A stretch of 64,000 bases of DNA, taken from NCBI GenBank assembly GCA_017447485.1, contig JAFSNI010000013.1:38063-102062 (forward strand), given 5' to 3'. The translations under genes and the position numbers were made by a program. Below are positions 28,843-37,714 of the stretch, piece after piece. Under the pieces are notes generated by a model that saw only the letters and a program-made list of their open reading frames with translations, searched no databases and was not told the DNA's origin. Source of the stretch: Candidatus Saccharimonadota bacterium. Lineage in GTDB: Bacteria; Patescibacteriota; Saccharimonadia; Saccharimonadales; Saccharimonadaceae. Position 1 is the first letter of the stretch, and each line of letters opens with the position of its first letter.

Positions 28843-29883
28843 TTAATTCTTCCTTAATATTATTATATCTCTCGCAACGATTTGACCTTCCCGATGATAA
28901 AGAAGCCCCTCGCGCGTTTTATTATGTATATTATACCCCATGGCGGCAATTTCGTCAAGGATTTCGAGACGAGAATACGAGCCATCTTCGCGTAGCCAAG
29001 CTGGAGCAGCAACAACAACCGGAGTTTCCGGCTTAATTTGGGCGCCTAAGTTGTGCAAAAAACCTAAAATTATACTGCCGCATTCCTGTTTTTCAGTTTT
29101 TAACTTAATTTCTGGCGGAATATTCGACATTGGCCGCCCGAGATACCCTTCGCAGGCCACGGCATCAATTTTTTCCGACCATTTATGACTTGTAGCATCA
29201 CCAATTTCCAATTTATAATTATCAAAATTAAAATGTTTTAAGTTTTTTTCGGAATATTCGACCATGCGTTCGTTAATATCGGTGCCGTAGGCGCGGTAGC
29301 CCATGAGAAACGCTTCTTGTAAAACTACGCCGGTACCACAAAACGGGTCAAGAATAGTCGCGCCAGGCTCTAAAGGTCCGCAAAGATTGATCAGAATCTG
29401 CGCAAGTTTTGGCGGGAGCATCCCAACTTTCGCGTCGCGCGCCGGGCGAGCCTGGTCACGCTTTGCGTAGGCATCAATATCTTGCACGCCAATCACTTTA
29501 TACCAATCATCGTCAACTTTGATTAGCTCAACTTTACGCTCATTTTTGCCAGAAAGTCCATTATGAAGCGAGGTCGCCGTCGATAAAACGGCGTCTTTAT
29601 TTTCAACTACGCGCACACTCCGCCCGTGTCGCACTAAAATCTTTTTTAGTTTCAAAGCTTCGATGGTAGCGGATTTTTTTGAAGCCTTTTCGGAATAATC
29701 TGAAATCCCAAGCGTAATTTTCCCCTCTGGGAGTTTGCGCAAAAAATCTAGCGGTTTTTCTTCTAGTTTTACGGCCAATTTTTGCGTCCCACCGAGCCGG
29801 TTAATATCTGTACAAAAATCGCTCATCTCAAGCTCTAAAATCGAAATCTCTGGTTGCCGCCCCAAAACCGCTAAATACTTCAT
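28843..29883 (-). CDS. Trm11/UPF0020-like SAM-dependent RNA methyltransferase
   Basis: GMLPPKLAQILINL, LDPFCGTG, GTDI, GDAT. Confidence 0.8.
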   Translation of the reverse strand: MKYLAVLGRQPEISILELEMSDFCTDINRLGGTQKLAVKLEEKPLDFLRKLPEGKITLGISDYSEKASKKSATIEALKLKKILVRHGRSVRVVENKDAVLSTATSLHNGLSGKNERKVELIKVDDDWYKVIGVQDIDAYAKRDQARPARDAKVGMLPPKLAQILINLCGPLEPGATILDPFCGTGVVLQEAFLMGYRAYGTDINERMVEYSEKNLKHFNFDNYKLEIGDATSHKWSEKIDAVACEGYLGRPMSNIPPEIKLKTEKQECGSIILGFLHNLGAQIKPETPVVVAAPAWLREDGSYSRLEILDEIAAMGYNIHNKTREGLLYHREGQIVARDIIILRKN

Positions 29884-29895
29884 ACGCTAATTATA
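29878..29895 (-). repeat. 18-bp inverted repeat, right copy
   Basis: cttcatacgctaattata = reverse complement of 26824-26841. Confidence 0.8.
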
Positions 29896-29899
29896 CCAT

Positions 29900-31864
29900 T
29901 TACTCAAAAATCGGCAAATCTTCCGGAAATGGGTCAAAATCCGAAAACCCGTCTCCATCCACATCACGAAAACCACCAGAATTATATCCTGCCGACCCAT
30001 ACGGGTTATAGCCGAGCTCCATCAAAAACCTTGACGGTATATTATAATTCCGGCTCCCAAACGAGTATCGGCTCGCCGCATAAGTCAAAAACAACCGCCG
30101 CATTGCCCGCGTCATCCCCACATACATCAGCCGCCGCTCCTCTTCCAGCTCCGCCTCATCATCAAACGCCCGCGTCCCTGGAAACAGCCCCTCTTCCAGC
30201 CCCACCACAAACACTACCGGAAACTCCAGCCCTTTCGCCGCGTGCAAAGTCATCAGCGTCACCGAATTTTCCGCACTTGCTTCATCCGCCGACGACATCA
30301 AGCTCGCATCCGCCAAAAAATCCTCTAAATTCGCATACTCCGCTGCCGTTTTCGCCAAAACCTCCAAGTTTTGCATCCGATCTTCCGCACTTGGCGTCCC
30401 GTCGTCCGTCAACCTTGCAAAATCAAAATACGAAATCGCCTTTTTCACAATTTCGCCCGGGTTTTCAAGGCCCCCATCCAAAGAAACCGACTTCAAAAAC
30501 TCCGCCAGCTTCAAAATCGCCCCGCGTGCTTTCGCCGTTTTTAAAACCGCCGAAAAATCATGCGAAACAAGCGGCGCATCCCCCTCCGCCAAATCCATTT
30601 CCGCCAGCACCTTCCCGAGCGACACTTCCCCAATCCCCGAAATCACATTCGAAAACACCCGCGAGAGGCTTACTTTATCTCGCCCGCTCACCACTAACTT
30701 CAAAATCGCAAGCACATCCTTCACTTCTTTCCGATCATAAAATCTCACCCCACCCACAATTTTATACGGGATATGCCGCGAGATTAAAACTTTTTCAAAC
30801 GCATACGACTGCGCATTTGTTCGATATAAAACCGCAAAATCCGCAAAGTCTGGAAACCCCAAAGCAGACAGTTCCAAAATCTTCCGCGCCACAAACTCCG
30901 CCTCCGCCGTTTCGTCCGTCAAACTCTCAATATCCACCGGCTCGCCCTTCCCCGCCTCCGTAAATAAAACTTTCTCCGTCCGCGTTTTATTCTGATTGAT
31001 TACTTTCTGTGCCGCCTCCAAGATATTCCCCGTCGAACGATAATTTTGTTCCAACTTAATCACCTTCGCTCCCGGAAAATCCCGCTCAAAATGCAGAATA
31101 TTCGTAAAATCCGCTCCCCGCCACGAATAAATCGACTGCCAATCGTCCCCCACCACGCAAATATTCCGCTTTTCGTTCACAAGCAGCCGCACCAACTGAT
31201 ATTGCACTAAATTCGTATCTTGATACTCATCAATTAAAATATGTTCAAACTTTTTCTGCCACTTTGCTCGCACCGCAAAGTTTTTACTAAATAATTCCAG
31301 CGTCCGCGTCAATAAATCATCAAAATCCAGCGCCCCCGCCTTCTCTTTCTCCTCCTCATAAACCCGAAAAATCTTCGCAATATCGCGCTGATTCGGATAA
31401 AACGCGCTCGCCGCATATTCTTCCGGCCCATTCCCCTTATTTTTTTCACCCGAAATCACCGCCTGCACCGATTTCGGCTTCAAAGCCTTATTTTCAGACA
31501 ACTTCAAATTTTTCATCACCCGCCGAATCAAAGAAACTTGGTCATCCGCATCATAAATCACAAAGCTGCGCGCCAGCCCCGCCGCCTCCGCCTCAATCCG
31601 CAGAATCTTCACGCAAATCCCGTGGAACGTTCCCATAAACGGTAGCGCCATCCCCAGTCTCTCACGCATCTCCCGCGCGGCTTTATTCGTAAACGTTACC
31701 GCCAAAATGCTCCCTGGCCGCACTCCGTGCGCTAGCAAATTCGCAATCCTGCAGGTCAAAGTTTTGGTTTTTCCTGATCCCGCTCCCGCCAAAATCAAAA
31801 GCGGCCCCTCTAGAGTCTCCACCGCTTCCTTTTGGCGCGAATTTAAACCGTCTAAAATGTCCAT
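29900..31864 (-). CDS. pcrA: UvrD/PcrA superfamily I helicase
   Basis: AGAGSGKT, TFTNKAAREM, DEYQDTN, GDDWQSIYSWRGA, LEQNYRS, TLHAAKGLEF, EERRLMYVGMTRA. Confidence 0.95.
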   Translation of the reverse strand: MDILDGLNSRQKEAVETLEGPLLILAGAGSGKTKTLTCRIANLLAHGVRPGSILAVTFTNKAAREMRERLGMALPFMGTFHGICVKILRIEAEAAGLARSFVIYDADDQVSLIRRVMKNLKLSENKALKPKSVQAVISGEKNKGNGPEEYAASAFYPNQRDIAKIFRVYEEEKEKAGALDFDDLLTRTLELFSKNFAVRAKWQKKFEHILIDEYQDTNLVQYQLVRLLVNEKRNICVVGDDWQSIYSWRGADFTNILHFERDFPGAKVIKLEQNYRSTGNILEAAQKVINQNKTRTEKVLFTEAGKGEPVDIESLTDETAEAEFVARKILELSALGFPDFADFAVLYRTNAQSYAFEKVLISRHIPYKIVGGVRFYDRKEVKDVLAILKLVVSGRDKVSLSRVFSNVISGIGEVSLGKVLAEMDLAEGDAPLVSHDFSAVLKTAKARGAILKLAEFLKSVSLDGGLENPGEIVKKAISYFDFARLTDDGTPSAEDRMQNLEVLAKTAAEYANLEDFLADASLMSSADEASAENSVTLMTLHAAKGLEFPVVFVVGLEEGLFPGTRAFDDEAELEEERRLMYVGMTRAMRRLFLTYAASRYSFGSRNYNIPSRFLMELGYNPYGSAGYNSGGFRDVDGDGFSDFDPFPEDLPIFE

Positions 31865-31871
31865 CTATATA

Positions 31872-33422
31872 TTATATACCAGTTAAAGGCGTTATGTCAG
31901 CCCCTAAATGCCTGAGTCTGGCCGCAAAATCTTGGTAGCCCCGGTTAATTGAATAAACATTGCGTAAAATCGACGTTCCCGGCGCGGCTAACATCCCAAT
32001 CAAAACCACCACTGCCGGCCTGAGAGCTTGCGGCGCCACCATTTCCGCTGGCCGCCAATTTGTCGGCCCTTCAATATACACGCGGTGCGCGTCCAATAGT
32101 TCAATCTTCGCATTCAAATTCGAAAGTTCCGTCGTATAAATCGCCCGGTTTTCAAACACCCAGTCGTGAATCATCGTACGCCCCTTCGCCACCGCCGCAA
32201 TTACCGAGAAAAACGGCAAATTATCAATGTTCAGCCCCGGGAACGGCATCGGGTGAATCTTATCCACCGGCGCCACTAGCTCTGACTTGTGAATAGTCAA
32301 ATCCACCAGCCGCGTCCGCTCATTTGCCGACAAATATTCCTCCGACTTTTCAATCTGCGCATTCATATTCTTCAGAACCTCAAGTTCAATTTCCAAAAAT
32401 TCAATCGGCGCTCGGAGAACCCGAATCTCCGACTTCGTCACTAGCCCCGCCGCAATAAAACTCATCGCCTCAATCGGGTCTTCCGACACTGCATATTCAA
32501 TGCTCTCGTTAATTTCCGACCGCCCCCGCACCGTTAAAGTCGTCGTCCCGATGCCCTGAATCTTCACTCCCAACTTTTCCAAAAAGAAACAAAGGTCTTG
32601 CACCATGTAATTCGGCGAAGCACCCACAATCGTCGTCCGCCCAGGAGACAAAGCCGCCGCCATCAGCACATTTTCCGTCACCGTATCGCCCCGCTCCGTC
32701 AAAACAATATAACGATCCGTATATTTATGCAAAGTCTCCTCTCGCACCGAAACTTCATAAAACCCACTGTTGCACTCCGCATCCACGTCCAGTCCAAACG
32801 ACTTCAAAGCCTGGATGTGCGGATTCACCGTCCGCGTCCCGAGCGAACACCCACCCGCATACGGAATCCGAAAATGCGAAAAACGATGGAGCAGCGGTCC
32901 CAAGAACATAATAATCGACCGCGTTTTCCGCGCCGCTTCAATGTCCATTTCGTCCATTTTTAATTCACGTGGTGATATAATTTCAAGGTCACGATGGCGG
33001 TTTTTCCAGCGACATTTCACACCAATTGACTCCAAAACTTCAATAATCCTAAACACTTCTTCAATCCGCGCCACCCGACGTAAAACTGTCGTCCCAGAGT
33101 TTAGAAGCGCCGCCGAGAGCAGCGCCACCGCCGCGTTTTTCGACGTATTTACCGTAATCTCACCAGATAATTCTTTCCCGCCCCGAATCCGATAACTCTG
33201 CGAAACCGAGTCATTTATAGAGAGAATTTGGTTTCCTAGCGCCTCAGACAACTTTTTAATCATTTCGAGCGAGATATTCTGCCCGCCTTTTTCGACACGA
33301 TGAATCGCAGATTGGCTCGTCCCCACGGCCGCCGCCAATTCCCCCTGCGTCCAGCCTTTTTCCGTTCGCATCTGCTCAATCGTCTCGCCAATCACTTGTT
33401 GGTAAGTCTTCGATTTTTTCAT
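31872..33422 (-). CDS. murA: UDP-GlcNAc 1-carboxyvinyltransferase with N-terminal XRE HTH
   Basis: HTH (WTQGELAAAVGTSQSAIHRVEKG), then KNAA, GGCSLGTR, PFPG, LR, RGY motifs. Confidence 0.93.
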   Translation of the reverse strand: MKKSKTYQQVIGETIEQMRTEKGWTQGELAAAVGTSQSAIHRVEKGGQNISLEMIKKLSEALGNQILSINDSVSQSYRIRGGKELSGEITVNTSKNAAVALLSAALLNSGTTVLRRVARIEEVFRIIEVLESIGVKCRWKNRHRDLEIISPRELKMDEMDIEAARKTRSIIMFLGPLLHRFSHFRIPYAGGCSLGTRTVNPHIQALKSFGLDVDAECNSGFYEVSVREETLHKYTDRYIVLTERGDTVTENVLMAAALSPGRTTIVGASPNYMVQDLCFFLEKLGVKIQGIGTTTLTVRGRSEINESIEYAVSEDPIEAMSFIAAGLVTKSEIRVLRAPIEFLEIELEVLKNMNAQIEKSEEYLSANERTRLVDLTIHKSELVAPVDKIHPMPFPGLNIDNLPFFSVIAAVAKGRTMIHDWVFENRAIYTTELSNLNAKIELLDAHRVYIEGPTNWRPAEMVAPQALRPAVVVLIGMLAAPGTSILRNVYSINRGYQDFAARLRHLGADITPLTGI

Positions 33423-33434
33423 AATAAAATTATA

Positions 33435-34496
33435 TCACGAGATGAATAATGGCACAAGCCCCGGCAGTTCTTTTCCGAGCAGAAATTCTAGACTCGCACC
33501 TCCGCCCGTAGAAATCAGAGAATATTCTAACTCCGGATGATATAGCATTAAATTCTCCACAAAACCAGTCGTATCACCACCGCAAATCACCGTTTCTGCT
33601 CCCGTTTTCTCCCCCATCACCTCCGCCACGATCGTTGACGCCGTCGCATAAGCCGGATCTTCTGCCTTACCGAGCAACCCGTTCCAAATCACAGTTTTAG
33701 CATCTTTAATTAAATCCGCAATTTTACTCGTCGCCACCGGCCCTATATCCATTCTCCTGCCCGCTCTCGTTTCGTCAAAATCCTCCGCCACATAAATCTT
33801 ATCCGACTCCGCCTCGTATCCATCCGCCGCAATCTTCCCCCCCACCACGATTTTATCTGCTAGCCCCAAGAACTTCTCAATCAGCGGCGCTTTATCTTCC
33901 ACTTTCGCCCCGCCAATCACCACAACTAGCGGCCGCGCCGGCGCTTCTAAAACTTTTTCAAAGTTCAAAACCTCTTTCTCTACTAAAAGCCCTGCGTAAG
34001 ACGGCAACAGCTCCGTAATCGCCGCTGTCGAAGCGTGTGCCCGGTGCAAAACCGCAAATCCGTCTTGCACAAAAATCTCCGCACCCGTCGCTTGCACAAT
34101 TTTTTCCGCAAACTCGCGTGAATTTTTTTCTTCGCCCGGAAAAAACCGCAAATTTTCTAACACTAAAATCTCGCCTGTCCCCATCGTCGCCACTGCTTCC
34201 TCCACTCCTATCCCATAAACTTCCGGCACGAACCGCACTTTCCCCACTAACTCATCTAAAACTTCCGCCACCGGCGCCAAAGATAATTCCTCATCCCATC
34301 CTTTCGGTCGCCCCAGGTGCGAAATTATAATAATCTTCTTCGCACCATGTTCGCGCAAAAGCTCCAACGTCGGCACCACCGCCCGAATCCTCAAATCACT
34401 TTCGACCCGCCCATCAAAAATCGGCACGTTAAAATCCGCCCGCACCAAAACAGTTTTATCTTTAATATCAATATCTTTAATCGTTCTCATCTTCAT
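33435..34496 (-). CDS. pgk: Phosphoglycerate kinase (compact)
   Basis: RADFNVP, SHLGRP, LENLRF, HRAHAS, GGAKV, GGDT, STGGGASLE. Confidence 0.96.
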   Translation of the reverse strand: MKMRTIKDIDIKDKTVLVRADFNVPIFDGRVESDLRIRAVVPTLELLREHGAKKIIIISHLGRPKGWDEELSLAPVAEVLDELVGKVRFVPEVYGIGVEEAVATMGTGEILVLENLRFFPGEEKNSREFAEKIVQATGAEIFVQDGFAVLHRAHASTAAITELLPSYAGLLVEKEVLNFEKVLEAPARPLVVVIGGAKVEDKAPLIEKFLGLADKIVVGGKIAADGYEAESDKIYVAEDFDETRAGRRMDIGPVATSKIADLIKDAKTVIWNGLLGKAEDPAYATASTIVAEVMGEKTGAETVICGGDTTGFVENLMLYHPELEYSLISTGGGASLEFLLGKELPGLVPLFIS

Positions 34497-34519
34497 GGTC
34501 TCATTATACCACTTTTCAA

Positions 34520-34974
34520 GGTAGAAATGGAGTCGCGAAAGAGAGGAAAGAGGCTACAAACCAAACAGCGAGGCGGGACCTAACGCGCGATACAGCGCAC
34601 AGACCTCCCGTTGTTGCGATTGTTCCTGTTCGCCGGATACAATTCAGTAGAATTGTAGTTCAGGTTGTAGGCGTTGCTACCATCGCGGACCGTAGAGGAC
34701 CAGTAGTTGCCGTTCGTGCTGAAATTGTTCAACGTCGTGTCATTGACGTTGCCCGACCGAGCGAATATACGCCAAACAAGCGGAAACTTAGGGAATCTAG
34801 ACCGCTTTTTAACCCTTGGGATAAAAAGCTTTTAATTGAACTCCCCGAAAGGAGTGAACCCATCCGACTCCATTGTGCCTTTGCCGTCTACCGGGGTAAT
34901 CACTTCGGAATTTAATCCTACTACGGTGGTTGTGTGGAGCGCACCTAGTGGTTTTCCCTGACGACCCCCCTACA
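34520..34974 (-). ncRNA. DGR template RNA (structured leader + TR + 3' tail) with its own promoter
   Basis: TGA-TATAAT at 34980-34988 (-) followed only by ATG-TAG. Hairpins at 34840-34855 (UUCG loop on - strand) and 34804-34829. Long-range pairing of 34865-34874 and 34887-34892 with 34520-34535. RNA ends are inferred. Confidence 0.65.
34526..34765 (-). repeat. DGR template repeat TR2
   Basis: 240-bp ungapped copy of 35235-35474. Hand alignment gives 20 mismatches, 19 at TR adenines (- strand); 15 in-frame AAY codons. Confidence 0.95.
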
Positions 34975-34979
34975 TTTTC

Positions 34980-34988
34980 ATTATATCA
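34980..34988 (-). promoter_or_regulatory. Extended -10 promoter for the TR RNA
   Basis: TGATATAAT, the same motif found before many genes and tRNAs in the window. Confidence 0.65.
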
Positions 34989-35234
34989 CGGAAATAATTT
35001 CCGCGCGAGTTGTGGAAAAGTCCGCGGGGCGCCGACGGTCCTATTCCGCAAAGGTTAGTTCAAAAGTTCCCTGGTCCTATTTTTCTCTTCTCGTCAGTTT
35101 TTTCGAGGCAAAGCTCTCCCAAACATCTCCGTTCCAAAGCTCCAGTTCACATTTTCAAGGCGAGTCTTTTCTTGCCGCACAAAAAGCGGCTCCAGCGTGC
35201 AGAATCAGAACATTCAAGGTTCTTTTTCCGGCAC

Positions 35235-35474
35235 AATGGAGTCGCGAAAGAGAGGAAAGAGGCTACAAACCAAACAGCGAGGCGGGACCTAACGCGCGAT
35301 ACAGCGCACAGACCTCCCGACGACGCGACTGTTCCTGTCCGCCGGGTACAACCCAGTAGAATTGTAGACCAGGTAGTAGGCGTAGCTACCACCGCGGACC
35401 GTAGAGGACCAGTAGTAGCCGCTCGTGCTGAAATTGTACAACGTCGTGTCACTGACGAGGCCCGACCGAGCGAA
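35235..35474 (-). repeat. DGR variable repeat VR2 (last ~61 codons of target 2 plus 54 bp past the stop)
   Basis: VR: SGLVSDTTLYNFSTSGYYWSSTVRGGSYAYYLVYNSTGLYPADRNSRVVGRSVRCIAR; TR: SGNVNDTTLNNFSTNGNYWSSTVRDGSNAYNLNYNSTELYPANRNNRNNGRSVRCIAR. Confidence 0.95.
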
Positions 35475-36980
35475 ATAAAGCGGCGAAGTTTCCATCTTGC
35501 TAAACATCCCCGAGTTATAACCCACGTTAATCGAGCTAGACCCAGTGCCATAATCATCACCGCTCGTAATACCAAAGGCCTTGAAGAGCGTGTTGAAGTC
35601 CGAAATCGTTGAACTACTAGTTGGACCGTTCGGAAGTCTCCACCCCGCTGGGCAAATTGAGTTCGGCATCACGGTATAATCCGTACTATAAGAACTGGTG
35701 TTATTCATCGCCACTGCCGCTGTCCAGTTATAGTAGTTACCCACGCGCCCGTGGACACATTCCGCCTCGGTGTGGTTAGCCGCTTCACATTTCGCTAGAG
35801 CCGTGCTGGTTTCATCCGTAATGTAGCGCGTACCTTGATACATAATCGTATCCGCACCTTCCGCCATCTTCGCACCGGTGTTCGTATTGCTCCAACCACT
35901 CACCGTGCCAGACGTCCCGGAAGTCGGGAAAGTGATCGTTGCTGGCGTCCCGGTCAAGGTCGCATCCGTCGGCGTCCAAGTAATCACACTACCGTCATAC
36001 GAATATCCCGAGAAGACCGTCCCCGTCCCGTCGCCGTTCGTATCATATTGCCTAAGATCCGTATTTTGCGAAGTCAAGACAATCGGATTGTTGTTATACG
36101 TTCCACCGATTTTCAAATCCAAGTTCTGCGTCATCCAAACATTACCATCATCCATCAAAGTCACCGTATAAGTGCTACCGTCGCGATTGTCCACCGCCGT
36201 CACTTGCTCTCCAGCCAATACCGTGCCTTTCCAATCTGCAATCTCTTGCATCACGAGCGTATCTGGCGCCGCCGAAAGGTTCGGATGCACCAACACGTAT
36301 TTCACCTGCCCCGTGTAAGTTCCCGCCGGCTGTGTGTTAGAAATGTAAGCTGCATAGGTCGTTTTAATCGTTGAACCGAGGTTGGTACCCGCCTTGGCAT
36401 CTGTTGCTTTATCAAGCTTCGCTACCTTCGTATAACTACTTGGCACTGCCGAAAAAGAGCTAAAACCGTTTTGGATGCTTGGCGTATAAGTATTGTTCGC
36501 ATCCGAAGCCACCGCCGTCACCTTCATCGCCCAGTTCGAGACGTCGTTGCCCGCCGTCCCGCTGGTTGCCGTGCCCGTCGCGATGTCATAGGTCGAGCTG
36601 AGACCCGCACCTTGCAAAACCGTATTCCCAAGTGTGTCATTCGTGAAGCCAATTGCGTAGATTGCGTAACCATTCTGGTCATTACAGAAAGTTTGAATCG
36701 TCGTTTCACCGATGCCCTCTTCGTATGGCTTGGTGTTATTTGTGGTGTAAGAGCCGGAGTAAATGCCGTTGACTAAAGTCGCCGTGTGCGCCGTGTTCAC
36801 TGTCGCCGTCATCGAACAAGTCGACTCCACCGTAATCGAAGCGGTGGCGTTTACCCAACGCGCTGCCGAAGTCGTCGGAAAGCCAATCAAAAACAAAGTC
36901 GCGACCAAGCACGCCAGCATCAGACCACCAACTATGTATCTTTCCGTAAAATTTTTATGTATGACCTTTGGCATTTTCAC
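35289..36980 (-). CDS. DGR target protein 2: secreted/surface protein with C-terminal FISUMP (CLec-fold) domain
   Basis: Signal/TM, Thr-rich beta domain ending PAGTYTG, DNRDG..Y....DGNVWMTQNL, GNYYNW, CPAGWRLP, YWSST, SVRC. Same architecture as target 1. Start is GTG 36980 or ATG 36974. Confidence 0.92.
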   Translation of the reverse strand: MKMPKVIHKNFTERYIVGGLMLACLVATLFLIGFPTTSAARWVNATASITVESTCSMTATVNTAHTATLVNGIYSGSYTTNNTKPYEEGIGETTIQTFCNDQNGYAIYAIGFTNDTLGNTVLQGAGLSSTYDIATGTATSGTAGNDVSNWAMKVTAVASDANNTYTPSIQNGFSSFSAVPSSYTKVAKLDKATDAKAGTNLGSTIKTTYAAYISNTQPAGTYTGQVKYVLVHPNLSAAPDTLVMQEIADWKGTVLAGEQVTAVDNRDGSTYTVTLMDDGNVWMTQNLDLKIGGTYNNNPIVLTSQNTDLRQYDTNGDGTGTVFSGYSYDGSVITWTPTDATLTGTPATITFPTSGTSGTVSGWSNTNTGAKMAEGADTIMYQGTRYITDETSTALAKCEAANHTEAECVHGRVGNYYNWTAAVAMNNTSSYSTDYTVMPNSICPAGWRLPNGPTSSSTISDFNTLFKAFGITSGDDYGTGSSSINVGYNSGMFSKMETSPLYFARSGLVSDTTLYNFSTSGYYWSSTVRGGSYAYYLVYNSTGLYPADRNSRVVGRSVRCIAR

Positions 36981-37083
36981 CTCACTTGCAGTTATAATTT
37001 TTGAAATGTTACAAGTAGATTATAACGCACATGGTAAAAAATGACAATACTTTTTTCATTAAAAAAAGGCCTCCCCAAGGTCG

Positions 37084-37158
37084 TGGTGATCTCTGCGGGA
37101 GTCGAACCCGCGTTGACGGGATGAAAACCCGTTGTACTAACCGTTATACTAAGAGACC
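37084..37158 (-). tRNA. tRNA-Glu(UUC)
   Basis: GGTCTCTTAGTATAACGGTTAGTACA-ACGGG-TT-TTC-AT-CCCGT...GGTTCGACTCC...CACCA. Confidence 0.93.
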
Positions 37159-37182
37159 ACGAAACTATTATATCAAAAAATC

Positions 37183-37665
37183 TTAAAACGTGCAAGCATA
37201 GTGATAATCCACGTGGTAATCCGTTCTGCCAAACGGCGCCTCTGGATAAATCCGCACATACGTCGCCTCGCTATCACAATATTCATTGAGCAAGCTCGAC
37301 GCGTCCGCGTGCCGCTCACTATCAAACAGTAAAAGCTGTCGAAGCGTTACTTTCGAAAAGCCATTCTCGACATAATTGTCCAAGTTGCTATAGTCCTTAA
37401 TGCGATCGTAAAAATAATTTTCGTAATAGTCCGCCACCGTCGCCTCAATTTTTTCCGTCACTACCTTCTCTGGCTTCGTAAAATTGATGAACAAAAGCGC
37501 CAGAACCACCGCCAACATCGCCAGCACAATCACCGCCAGTACCACTCGTTTCAAAATCAAAAAGACCTTGCGGTCATGTTCCTTCTTCTTCAAATTGCGC
37601 TTCAGGCGCGTCACCGGATTTTTCGTGTGTATTTTCGAAGATTTTTTATTTTTAACGGTACCCAT
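37183..37665 (-). CDS. Hypothetical single-TM protein with two C-terminal Cys
   Basis: Basic N-terminus, TM, YYENYFY, VTLRQL, C...C. Confidence 0.7.
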   Translation of the reverse strand: MGTVKNKKSSKIHTKNPVTRLKRNLKKKEHDRKVFLILKRVVLAVIVLAMLAVVLALLFINFTKPEKVVTEKIEATVADYYENYFYDRIKDYSNLDNYVENGFSKVTLRQLLLFDSERHADASSLLNEYCDSEATYVRIYPEAPFGRTDYHVDYHYACTF

Positions 37666-37714
37666 ACCAATATTTTACCATAAAAACTATAAAATGTGCT
37701 AATATATATTATAT

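Noticed and set aside
29929-30963. Long Pro-rich + strand ORF (also 19969..20721, 39356..40096, 40216..40848)
   Set aside because: Antisense to well-supported genes; caused by strand compositional skew.
34526-34765. TR2 as the template for VR1 (1525-1710)
   Set aside because: Only the amino-acid framework is shared; many mismatches fall at non-A positions and the post-stop tracts differ.
34526-34765. A simple partial duplication or pseudogene of the target 3' end
   Set aside because: The 19/20 adenine-specific mismatches and AAY-rich codons fit a DGR template, not neutral decay.
34766-34975. tmRNA, RNase P RNA or SRP RNA (G-rich 5' end, hairpins)
   Set aside because: No tRNA-like CCA end, tag ORF or conserved SRP/RNase P motifs were seen; better explained as the TR RNA leader.
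35010-35612. ORFs 35010..35612 (+), 35012..35359 (+), 35147..35575 (-) and the similar 1096..1686 (+)
   Set aside because: Shadow frames overlapping VRs or real genes, with no recognisable protein features.
37084-37158. tRNA-Glu as an integration site (att) for the satellite cassette
   Set aside because: The position is suggestive, but no duplicated tRNA 3' end or integrase was found near 34.5 kb.
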